A stretch of 24,821 nt of DNA from Octopus sinensis (taxonomy: Eukaryota), in NCBI RefSeq assembly GCF_006345805.1, contig NW_021836248.1, forward strand, positions 1 to 24,821, in the 5' to 3' direction. Of the stretch, positions 10,840-20,527 are shown in pieces. The notes under the pieces are model-generated. The model saw only the letters and a list, made by a program, of their open reading frames with translations, did no database searches and was not told where the DNA came from. Made by a program: the position numbers and the translations under genes. Every line of letters begins with the position of its first letter. Positions within the stretch are counted from its first letter, which is position 1.

Positions 10840-11250
10840 GGCGGCGAGCTGGCAGAAACGTTAGCACGCCGGGCGAAATGCTTAGTGGTATTTCGTCTGC
10901 TGCTACGTTGTGAGTTCCAATTCCGCCGAGGTCGACTTTACCTTTCATCATTTCGGGGCCGATAAATTAAGTACCAGTTACGCACAGGTGTAGATATAAC
11001 CGACTTAATCCGTCTGTCTGTCCTTGTTTGTCTTCTCTGTGTTTATCCCCTTGTGAGTAGTAAAGAAATAGGTATTTCGTCTGCCGCTACGTTCTGAGTT
11101 GAAATTCCGCCGAGGTCGACTTTGCCTTTCATCCTTTCGGGGTCGATTCAATAAGTACCAGTTACACACTGGGGTCGATGTAATCGACTTAATCCCTTTG
11201 TCTGTCCTTGATTATCCCCTCTATGTTCATCCCCTTGTGGGCATACAGAA
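10840..11250 (+). mobile_element. SINE family B, tandem dimer
   Basis: Full unit 10840-11071; second, 5'-truncated unit starts gtatttcgtctgccg at 11072. Confidence 0.85.
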
Positions 11251-11251
11251 A

Positions 11252-11597
11252 TTTTTACTTGTTTCAGTCATTAGACTGTGGCCATGCTGGAGTACCGCTA
11301 CGAAGCGTTTTATTCGAACTTACCGATCCCTGTACTTAATATTTTTTGTAAAGGCAGGTATTTATCCTCTGGGTTAACCGATAAGTTAAGGCGGACGTAA
11401 ATATACCACCACTGATTGTCAAGCTGTGGTCGCATACACAAAGATACGCAAACACACATACCAAATTCACACACAAGTGTTTGGAGAGCATGAGGCTATA
11501 GTAGAAGACGCTTGTCCAAGGTTCCACGCAGTAGGACTGAAACCAGAACTATGAAGTTAGGAAGCAAATCTCTTACCACACTACCACTCCTGCTCCT
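11252..11597 (-). mobile_element. SINE family A, diverged copy
   Basis: Tail tttttacttgtttcagtcattagactgtggccatgctggag and head remnants gaagacgcttgtccaagg...tcttaccacactaccactcctg. Confidence 0.75.
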
Positions 11598-11643
11598 GGG
11601 ATTTTTTTCTTAAAACCAAGGAACTTTATCGATGAAATTTACT

Positions 11644-11980
11644 TATTGAGACCCCCTTCGGTCATGACTGACCGTGGGATTGCACCTAGAAAGTTACTCT
11701 CCCAGGCACAAGTCCGGGCAAGGTTGTTTATGGAAGACCAGCAGTCGCCCATGCATACCGGTCTCCACGCTACCAGTATTATCCAAGGGAAAGGCAAAAG
11801 CAGATACAGCTTGGCACCTGTGACGTCGCAACTCATTTCTACAGCTGAGTGAAGTGGAGCAACGTGAAATAAAATGTCCTGCTCAAGAACACAAAACGCA
11901 GCCCGGTCCGGGATTCGAACTCACAGCCTCACGATCGTAAGCTCGACGCTCTAACCGCTGAGCCTTGCACCTTCACAACC
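11644..11980 (-). mobile_element. SINE family D (tRNA-derived) with TSD
   Basis: Minus-strand A box ggctcagcggttag, B box gagttcgaatccc, then gtgttcttgagcaggacatt (CORE/V-like). 3' hairpin cggtca/tgaccg. 9-bp TSD aaatttact at 11635-11643 and 11981-11989. Confidence 0.8.
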
Positions 11981-12947
11981 AAATTTACTAACTGAAGCAT
12001 TAATTATGTACTAATATGAAAAGTGTTAAATTGCACATCTGAAGATTATGTGCTACAGTCGTATCATAGCCTGTCATTGGCAGTAGTGGTCAAATGACTT
12101 AACTTCAGCCGATAGATAAAACTAGACCACGGAAATTTTGTGCGAAGATATTTACCTCTTTCTCTTCTGTTCCCTGGCGCAGTAAATAACGTAATATACG
12201 AACAGCGTGCTTTTCTTTCTTCAGCTTTTTTTAAAACAAAAAACAAAATAAGAATCTTTTGAATTCGAGCAATATTAAAACACTGCTACAAAACCTAGGA
12301 AGTATTATATCTGTAAAACTGATTTCTAAAATGCAATAACATCAATGCCTAACGTGATTGATTTCGTTTTTTTTTTATATATATGTATCTTTATATTCTC
12401 ATTTCGCCGGAGAGCAAAAACAAAAGAGAAACGATTTCATATATTACGGGTCGGGGAGCTTATTTTATATAGTATTGTTTAGTGAACAAATGACGCAAAG
12501 TCAAAGGTGAACTTGTGATGGATATCATCTAAAACCATAGCCGCTGTGAAGTGGTGACTAACCCGAAGCTTTAATATCCGCCGTAAACAGCTCGCTAGGT
12601 GTGTCAATAATATTTTAGATTCTAGACTTACAGCTTACTTTAAAACTACAGACAATCTGTAACAAATATTTACTTCAATTATTGATATGAAAGATTTTCC
12701 AATGTCTCGCACTTTCGTTAGTGAGTTAATAAATTTATATTCGAATCGTGTTTTTCCGTTATATGAAACTTTTCTGTAATAAACGTGATTAAATGCAGGT
12801 TTTTTTTTTTCTCTTTTTCCATGTTTTCGAACTTTATCTCAATTGAATTTATTAGAGACTCACTACAAATGGAAAAGACGCTAATTCGTAAACAGCGACT
12901 GCATTCTCTTTATGTAAAAATACACTTAATAATTGCTAAAGTGTATG

Positions 12948-13147
12948 TGTGGCGGCGAGCTAAAGGAACCGTTAGCGTGTCGGACAGAAATTTTTGGCGA
13001 ATTTATTGCTCTTGTTTATGTTCTGAGTTCGAACAGTATCGAGTTTAAATTTGCATATAATAAAGTGCCAGACAAATATAGAGGTCGATGTAATCGACTA
13101 AACACCATCCTCATAATAAATTACTGACTATGTACCAAAATTTGAAG
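12948..13147 (+). mobile_element. Old family B-related SINE
   Basis: ggcggcgagctaaaggaaccgttagc head, gttctgagttcgaa B box, ggtcgatgtaatcgact, tail gtaccaaaatttgaa. Confidence 0.6.
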
Positions 13148-13286
13148 TAACATAGTGGCACCGCTTTTTTTCATTTTTTTTTTATTTCCTCGTCGACCCT
13201 ATCAGAGAAGATCAATCGTCAAATTGCATTCTAATCATGACAAGCCCAATTTTCAAATACAAACAAAAATACATTATACAATGCCC

Positions 13287-13516
13287 GGATATTTTCAGTT
13301 TGAACAGCAGTTTTTTTACATAATTTCTAGGTAACTAAAAAAATTTTAAACTTCGTATACTGGTAGAATGTGTTTTTAAAAAATCTTTTTTCTCTTGGCT
13401 TTATTGAGAAAATTCTATAGTTTGTAAGATATTTGTTTTTTTTTCTTCAATTTCTGCAATTTCATCCAATCACTGAGTGTCCATTGAGGTAAAAAGCATT
13501 ATGTGCCCTATGAATA
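13287..13516. repeat. Fragment of a dispersed non-coding repeat, probably DNA-transposon derived
   Basis: The sequence tttgaacagcagttttttt...tgtgccctatgaata resembles an abundant octopus repeat recalled from memory. There is a single copy in the window and the class is not verifiable here. Confidence 0.4.
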
Positions 13517-13835
13517 GGGGTAGTGGAGGTTGTCTATTTCGTTCAGGTCATGTGCAATCTATGCACCAAGATTTTGGGCTTTACCTATCGAATGAAGGTC
13601 ATGCCCGATGATATCATGAAGTCATCTTAGTTTCTGGGATAATTCCCTGCTAGATTGGCGCGTATCCTCCTGGTTGATCTTGTTCGATCGATTCTTATTC
13701 AACTGGACACCTCGCATTAAACGTGATGAGTCTCTGAGGTTGAATTTCCTCACTTTGAAGCGTGAGCTCTTTCAGGAATAACGCTTTCTCAGTAGACTGC
13801 AGAATTGTCAGGAAAGGCTTTGGCATCTTTGAAAC
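13517..13835 (+). mobile_element. Possible degenerate LINE ORF2 C-terminal relic
   Basis: Abrupt GC-richer island. Broken plus-strand reading VEVVYFVQVMCNLCTKILGFTYRMKVMPDDIMK...FNWTPRIKRDESLRLNFLTLKRELFQE*RFLSRLQNCQERLWHL. No diagnostic motif. Confidence 0.25.
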
Positions 13836-15711
13836 CATAATTTAAGAAGAAAAGAAGCAGGTGTCGAAAATGCACATTTTCTTTTTTTTTTCAGTTTGGC
13901 ACTCCATCATCGTATGCGTGAAATGAAGAAAAAATTATTTGAATTTCAAAACCAATAATCAAAAGTCCGTTGAAGAAGATTATAGCTACTAAAAACAAAA
14001 AATAAAGATAAAGATAAAACCCTACGCTAAAAATATGTTTCGTGTTACTTCAAATAGCATTGGGAAAAACGAACGAATTTATCTGACATAATAAGTCGTA
14101 CCTTCGAGGAGAGATTCTCTGGGCTATTGAACAGCATCGGAATAAACTCTCTTTATACGAATATTGATTTTGCATTTCATGTCTCACAAGAACGATGAAA
14201 AAGTACCACATATTATTACATTCAATATAATTGACTAAAACCTATTTAAATTGATGCCAAACCATGGCCTCCGTTCAATAAATGAAACCAGTTTAAGATT
14301 TGTTTGAAAATAACAAAAATAATACGTTTCTCGTCACATAGCTAAATTACAGAGGTTACAGTTACAAGGTGATAATATGGTATTAGTTGTTATAAAGTCG
14401 GTTTGACGGTCAGGCTTCAATAGAGACCTAATTTATATGAAATCATTTCATCTGCAAATTTTATACCCATAAAATTGACAGTTAAGTAGCATTAGCGAAT
14501 AGAAGCGGAGAAGGCCGAGCTATAAAATTCGTAGCGTGTTCGAACTATTTCATTACAAGTACGCTTTTAAAATCATTTGAAGAAGCATAAATGACACCTC
14601 AGAAATTAAGTTATAATTTTTGGTTTTTTAAGAGTAGTAAAACGAATAATTTGCAATTTTAGGCTCATTGATTTAAAAGAAAGACAACCTGAGGTAATGC
14701 AGTAATTGGGGTTGGTAAGTCATTCGATAAAACACTGATATTACTTTGGTCGAAAAATAGAGATCGTATGTCAATACTAGTCGTTGATTTTCAGATATAA
14801 ATGCTTGTAAATATCACATCAGACATGAAAGAGGATATATATTAGTCTTCATGGCATGAAGCTATCTAGATATAAGCATTTCCTTCTTGGATACAATACT
14901 GTATCAGCAATAAATAAGTTGCTAGCTATTACAAACGAAGTAAAGTAACTATATTATTCTAAAATACCTGCAACAAGTAATCATAAGTTGAAGCTCTACA
15001 TGTTCATTTAATCTACGAAAGGTAACCATGAAGCCATAAAATCCTCCGAATATCATATTTTACTAGCTTAGTTGAGAAGGACAGGTTGAATAATTTGTGC
15101 CTATGTGAACTGTAGCGCACGAAAACACAGGATGATGAAAGCTGGATGGTGTTTGATGTCAGGTCTCGATCAGAACAAACTTGGGGTTAGACAAAAACAA
15201 CCACAAATACAAAAAAAAAAAGAATTACTTCTCTTCGGTTAAGCATAATATAGATCAAATATTACAAATATGATTTTATCCTATGTCCAAACATGATCAA
15301 AATTAGGTTTTAAAATCCCCTAAAGATCACATACCATATGAGCGCTTTGTGTGTGAACGGAACCGTTAGACACAGTTTTTGTATTTATGTAAGAAATAAT
15401 TGTTTAATATTTCCTGATATTAGAAATAGTCAAATGTTAGAAATAATGAAGTATTTTGCATGCTTACAGAACACAACATTTGTGCATATTGCCGGATTTC
15501 ATATAAATATTGTCTTTCAAAAAGTTCTATGAATCCCTCATTATAAACAGGAGCCTCGAATATCAGTGAATGATTTGTGAATAAAGATTGCCATTTTGGT
15601 ATATAGATGGTTTGGGGTGAAACATTTTGACTTGTTCGGCATTCATGATCTGTTTACGATGGATATATTAATTTTCCTTAGAGGACGGCGTGGGTACATA
15701 ATCCATTTTAC

Positions 15712-15818
15712 TGGAAGCACAAGGTCTCAAATTTTGGGGGGAGGGATTAAGTCGATTACATCGACTCCAGTGCATAACTGGTACTAATTTTATCGACCCC
15801 GAAAAGATGAAAGGCAGA
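15712..15818 (-). mobile_element. Old family B-related SINE, 3' fragment
   Basis: gattaagtcgattacatcgactccagtgcataactggtactaattttatcgaccccgaaaagatgaaaggca is the reverse complement of the family B core and tail. Confidence 0.75.
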
Positions 15819-16299
15819 GAATACTGAAGTGTCTTACACAGGATCATGTTTTTAGGAATTTCCAGTGAGTTATGAATACCCAAATATTGAAGTCAGTTAC
15901 GTAATAACATGGAATTAGCTACCCGATAGTAAGAATTCAAATAAAGTATCCCCGAAAAGGGCTTTAATGCGTTCCCAGAGTGTATAGGAGAGGAGGAAAT
16001 ACTAGTAAAGCATGTTGCATAATAACCGGCTAATCATATATGAGATAATAACAACTCAAAATAAATAATTCGGAAAAGGACTTTTGTGCGTTCGCAAAGA
16101 ATATTAACCTCAGGGGCGCTAGTAATGGTATATTCGTGAATAATGAACTAACTGAAATAACTGGATCTATTATTTAGGAAAATACTATTTACTTGTTAAA
16201 GGGTTGTACTGGATAAATTGTGAAAATCACTCTAACAGTTGAAATACTAATAAATAAACATACTCAAATTGATTTATACCAAATAGTTTAGGAAAATGA

Positions 16300-16583
16300 A
16301 GGGGTTATTTCCCTTGACTATATATATATAAGGATTCGTTTCAAGAGCGAATGGGTTATTTCCCTTGGCTCTTAAAATAGAATATATTAGATATATATAT
16401 AAGGATCCCTTTCAGGGCCCTATTATCGATGTTTTTCAAGAATATGAGTATGCCATGAGGTGTGCAGACATGAGTTCTATCCACGAGTCCAGTTTCATCA
16501 AAATCGATAAAACGATGTAGGAGGTGTTAGCTAACAACCCCACAAACACACCCACAGACAGAATTTTCCATATATGCAGTGGA
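16300..16583 (-). mobile_element. Possible decayed Helitron/HINE-like element, 5' part
   Basis: Minus strand starts tccactgcatatatggaaaattctgtctgtgggtgtg...cgattttgatgaaact, similar to the 5' end of the 17811 Helitron. Duplicated gggttatttcccttg subrepeats at about 16302 and 16353. Confidence 0.35.
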
Positions 16584-17014
16584 TTAACAAAAGCATTACC
16601 ACTTCATCGGTGAAAACCAAGTTACAAATAATAAGAGCATAGAGCGGTAGTTCTAAATATTCCGAGTTGCATACAATAAATTTATCGAAAGCATTTCGTA
16701 TCTCCGGACTAAATGAGTTATCGTACATCACTATATAAAAACAAAGTATAAAAGCATACACTAAAACTTTGCTGAAAGGTATTTTTCATACGGTTTCATA
16801 TTATGTCTATCAGCATCTTCTCTGAAAGGATTTTCTTAATTTCTCTCTCCACAATCTATCATCAATTCAATACAGAAAATTGTAAGATTGTTAATTGCTT
16901 TTTTTTTTCTATTGAAACTCACTATTATGATGGAATTACTTTCTCGATACACGGCGTTCCACACTAAAATTAATTAGAACATTTTTAATACATGTCTCAA
17001 CTATATTGGTTTTA

Positions 17015-17460
17015 AATGTTGGCACAAGGTCAGCAACTTAGAGGTAGGAAGCTTGTTGATTTCATTGTCCCTGATGCTGAACTTGTTCCTATTTTATAGA
17101 ACGCGGAGGGATGAAAGGTAAATTGGACATAAGGCAGCGAGCTGGTAGAAACGTTAGCACGCCGGGCGAAATGCGTAGCTGTATTTCGTCTGCCGTTGCT
17201 TTCTGAGTTCAAATTCCGCCGAGGTCGACTTTACCTTTCATCATTTCGGGGTCAATAAATTAAGAACCAGTTACGCACTGGGGTCGATGTAATCGACTTA
17301 ATCCGTTTGTCTGTCCTTGTTTGTCCCCTCTGTGTTTAGCCCCTTGTGGGCAGTAAAGAAATAGGTAAATTGGACATGGGCAGAATTTGAACTCAGAACT
17401 TAAAGATGGACGAAATGCCGCTATACGTTTTATCTGGTGTGCTAATGATTTTCCCTGCAC
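17015..17460 (-). mobile_element. Old family B-related SINE interrupted by a younger copy
   Basis: Head and B box at 17378-17460; core and tail at 17015-17130. Confidence 0.7.
17131..17364 (+). mobile_element. SINE family B, young copy with TSD
   Basis: Full unit; TSD ggtaaattggacat at 17117-17130 and 17364-17377. Confidence 0.9.
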
Positions 17461-17619
17461 GTTCCCTTTCAAACTTTCTCTGCCATATTTATAGACTAGT
17501 AAGTTCGTGCAGAATGATTCGTTGCAATGAATGAAGGACCTTCGGCTTTGAGCTCCCATAATAAGCTTAAAATATCTGCTCAAATATTTATCAAACATTC
17601 TGGGAGTTTATATTTAATT

Positions 17620-18525
17620 TACAATTCTTTCCTTTCGTTCCCACTAAATAAATCAGAGAGTGAATGGATGTATCAACGAATGTAATGCGTCTTTATTATT
17701 GAATCGAGCAGAGTCGGCGAACTGACTGTTTCCACAGATGATGGCGAGAGAAGCTTATTTTTATGTTCGAGAAAGAAGGGCTTATATCGATTTTATGCAA
17801 TTGATGAATATCTCTCTATATATAAACGGCAGTTTGTCTGTGCGTGTTTCTGTGTGTCTGTTTGCTTGTACCCTCACCCTGACCACGGCTTTCAACCGAT
17901 TCTGATGAACTTGACACACACATAGCCCAATGTCATAATTCAAAACTAACGCAGCGAAATTTTGAAAAGTTCCCCCAGTTCTGAAAAAATCGATAAAATC
18001 GACATGGGGTCGAGAATCAGAAACAACCACAGACTGTCTAGGGGACGCAACTCAACCTTTTTTAACTCAAAAAAAAATTACCATAATTTTTTTGCTATTT
18101 TTTGGCTATAACTCTCTAAAAATGCTTTATAGTTATTTCCCTTACAAACCTGAGCAACGCCGGGCGATACTGCTAGTATTTAATATATTTAGTGAATATA
18201 TTTAAGGTTTAATGTGTTACATTTGCATATGAAGTATTTATTATTTAGTGCAAGACCATAATTTTGTTGTTTTTGTATAGCATCAAAATTTTAACTATAT
18301 CATATTTAGAAGAGAGGTTCTTACTTTAATACTCTGTAAAACCATTATTTCCTTTCCGAGTAGATCCAGTGCGCCAGGAAAGGCCAGATTAAGATAAGGT
18401 TAAGACCGCGTTAAGACAAATTCCAGATTCTCCGAATACGACTTGGGAAGCAATGAGTGGAATCTGATAAGTTATGCAATGTTATGTTATTTATTACACT
18501 CGGCTATCAGTAACCTGCCATAATT
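17620..18525 (+). repeat. Local duplicated segment, copy 1 (interrupted by a Helitron)
   Basis: 17620-17806 and about 18190-18525 align to 20761-21322. Confidence 0.9.
17811..18176 (+). mobile_element. Non-autonomous Helitron, 366 bp
   Basis: A|TC 5' end (a17810|tctctctatatataaac), CTAG|T 3' end (18173-18176), subterminal GC hairpin cctgagcaacgccggg (18149-18164), no TSD, absent from the paralogous segment. Confidence 0.85.
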
Positions 18526-18706
18526 TGAATTAACATTCTAACGGCGATGATTCCGTTCCAGCGACAAACGTTGCATCATGCTTCCTCGTTCGATGATCTA
18601 AACTGTATCTGACTTGATAAATGCACTTCATTGCCTCGTACGTCAGGTAATACATATTCTCTGCTAAGGCAACTGTAAACCAATGTATTTGATATGACGA
18701 TATAAA

Positions 18707-18938
18707 GGCGGCGAGCTGGCAGAATCGTTAGCACGCCGGGCGAAATGCGTAGCCGTATTTCGTCTGCCGTTACGTTCTGAGTTCAAATTCCGCCGAGGTC
18801 GACTTTGCCTTTCATCCTTTCGGGGTCGATAAATTAAGTACCAGTTACGCACTGGGGTCGATGTAATCGACTTAATACCTATGTCTGTCCTTGTTTGTCC
18901 CCTCTATGTTTAGCCCCTTGTGGGTAGTAAAGAAATAG
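18707..18938 (+). mobile_element. SINE family B, full length
   Basis: Near-consensus head to gtaaagaaatag tail. Confidence 0.9.
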
Positions 18939-18952
18939 ATATATTAAAAACA

Positions 18953-19341
18953 GGAGGCGCAATGGCCCAGTGGTTAGGGCGGCGGACTCGCGGTCGTAGG
19001 ATCGCAGTTTCGATTCCCAGACCGGGCGTTGTGAGTGTTTATTGAGCGAAAACACCTAAAAAGCTCCACGAGGCTCCGGCAGGGGATGGTGGTGATCCCT
19101 GCTGTACTCTTTCACCACAACTTTCTCTCACTCTTACTTCCTGTTTCTGTTGTACCTGTATTTCAAAGGGCCGGCCTTGTCACTCTCTTGTGTCACGCTG
19201 AATCTCCTCGAGAACTACGTTAAGGGTACACGTGTCTGGGGGAGTGCTCAGCCACTTACACGTTAATTTCACGAGCAGGCTGTTCCGTTGATTCGTATCA
19301 ACCGGAACCCTCGTCGTCGTAACCGACGGAGTGCTTCCAAC
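18953..19341 (+). mobile_element. SINE family C with TSD
   Basis: 12-bp TSD atattaaaaaca at 18941-18952 and 19342-19353. Confidence 0.9.
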
Positions 19342-19361
19342 ATATTAAAAACAAAACAATA

Positions 19362-19803
19362 CCCATAAGGGACTGTCACGTTAAGTTGACAGCATACAAC
19401 CACTCTATCGCTCCACCATGTCTCTTTGAGGCATTTAGAAATTTAATATTTCTGATTACGGTAACCAGTGAATAGATTTCACTGTAAATATATATATTTG
19501 TGAAGGCTGGACGGGCACCTCAATCAGCAGATCTCACTATCCTAGGCTGATGACGGGTTAAGACCCAGAAACATGCAGGTGTGAATCTTGGCTGGTAGGG
19601 GTGCTTGCCTCCCCTTCGCAAATATAAGGACACAGGATATGTGTCAAAGCCGACAGAAAGCGTCGATGCTTCCTAGGGCTAAACAGCGGTGGTGTAATTC
19701 CCATACGGACTGTCACGTTAAGTTGACAGTATACAGCCACTCTATCACTCCACCACCGCTCATGTCCCTTTGAAACATTTAGAAATTTAATATTTCTGAA
19801 TAC
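19362..19803 (+). repeat. Partial tandem (338-bp period) with about 100-bp direct repeats, many hairpins and a hammerhead-like core
   Basis: 19362-19459 is repeated at 19700-19803. CTGATGA (19547-19553), gggt-taag-accc, GAAAC (19568-19572). Confidence 0.7.
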
Positions 19804-19839
19804 CTAGGTTCTTTACATTAAAGGTATTTTGATTATAGT

Positions 19840-20221
19840 GGAGCCGCAATGCCCCAGTGGTTAGGGCAGCGGACTCGCGGTCGTAGGATCGCGGTTTCGA
19901 TTCCCAGACCGGGCGTTGTGAGTGTTTATTGAGCGAAAACACCTAAAGCTCCACGAGGCTCCGGCAGGGGACGGTGGTGATCCCTGCTGTACTCTTTCAC
20001 CACAACTTTCTCTCACTCTTACTTCCTGTTTCTGTTGTACATGTATTTCAAAGGGCCGGCCTTGTCACTCTCTGTGTCACGCTGAATATACCCGAGAACT
20101 ACGTTAAGGGTACACGTGTCTGGGGGAGTGCTCAGCCACTTACACGTTAATTTCACGAGCAGGCTGTTCCGTTGATCGGATCAACCGGAACCCTCGTCGT
20201 CGTAACCGACGGAGTGCTTCC
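19840..20221 (+). mobile_element. SINE family C
   Basis: Full homology; imperfect TSD attttgattat (19826-19836) / attttcattat (20222-20232). Confidence 0.9.
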
Positions 20222-20527
20222 ATTTTCATTATTCCCTTCCGAAGAATTAAGAAAATGCTGTTCCATACGTGTGATTCGCTTTTCTTCCTTTCGGGGGTGA
20301 TGACATAAATTGTTCGTCGGGTACATGATCCATCTCATCGACATAACCAGTTCCGCTAAAACCCTTGACCTCCTTCCAATATTTGAAGCCATTTGTATTC
20401 AACGTGTCGTCACTGCTGTACGGTTTTGGTTTCAGACAGAGGCGGCTTTACTAGCAATAATTTCCATAAAATTCGTATGAATTTCATGCATTGTAACTTA
20501 GCTCTTACGTTACTAATTTTTTACCAT

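Noticed and set aside
8589-14693. Plus-strand micro-exons 8589-8626 (IPVEFQYGSGSW, GTAAGT donor) and 14663-14693 (LIDLKERQPE) that would join in phase
   Set aside because: Too short to distinguish from chance splice-like motifs, and no recognisable product.
14968-15012. 45-nt minus-strand micro-exon LNEHVELQLMITCC
   Set aside because: Plausible AG/GT ends only; no independent support.
6451-20107. Repeated ORFs MFIERKHLK... (6451, 19035, 19922) and MNPERNGRR/MNSESNGRR... (4892, 17030, 18664)
   Set aside because: They are translations of SINE C and antisense SINE B; the frames break differently in each copy.
20330-20365. GFSGTGYVD resembling a CBM35/CBM6 carbohydrate-binding motif
   Set aside because: A short match with no surrounding beta-sandwich pattern; likely chance.
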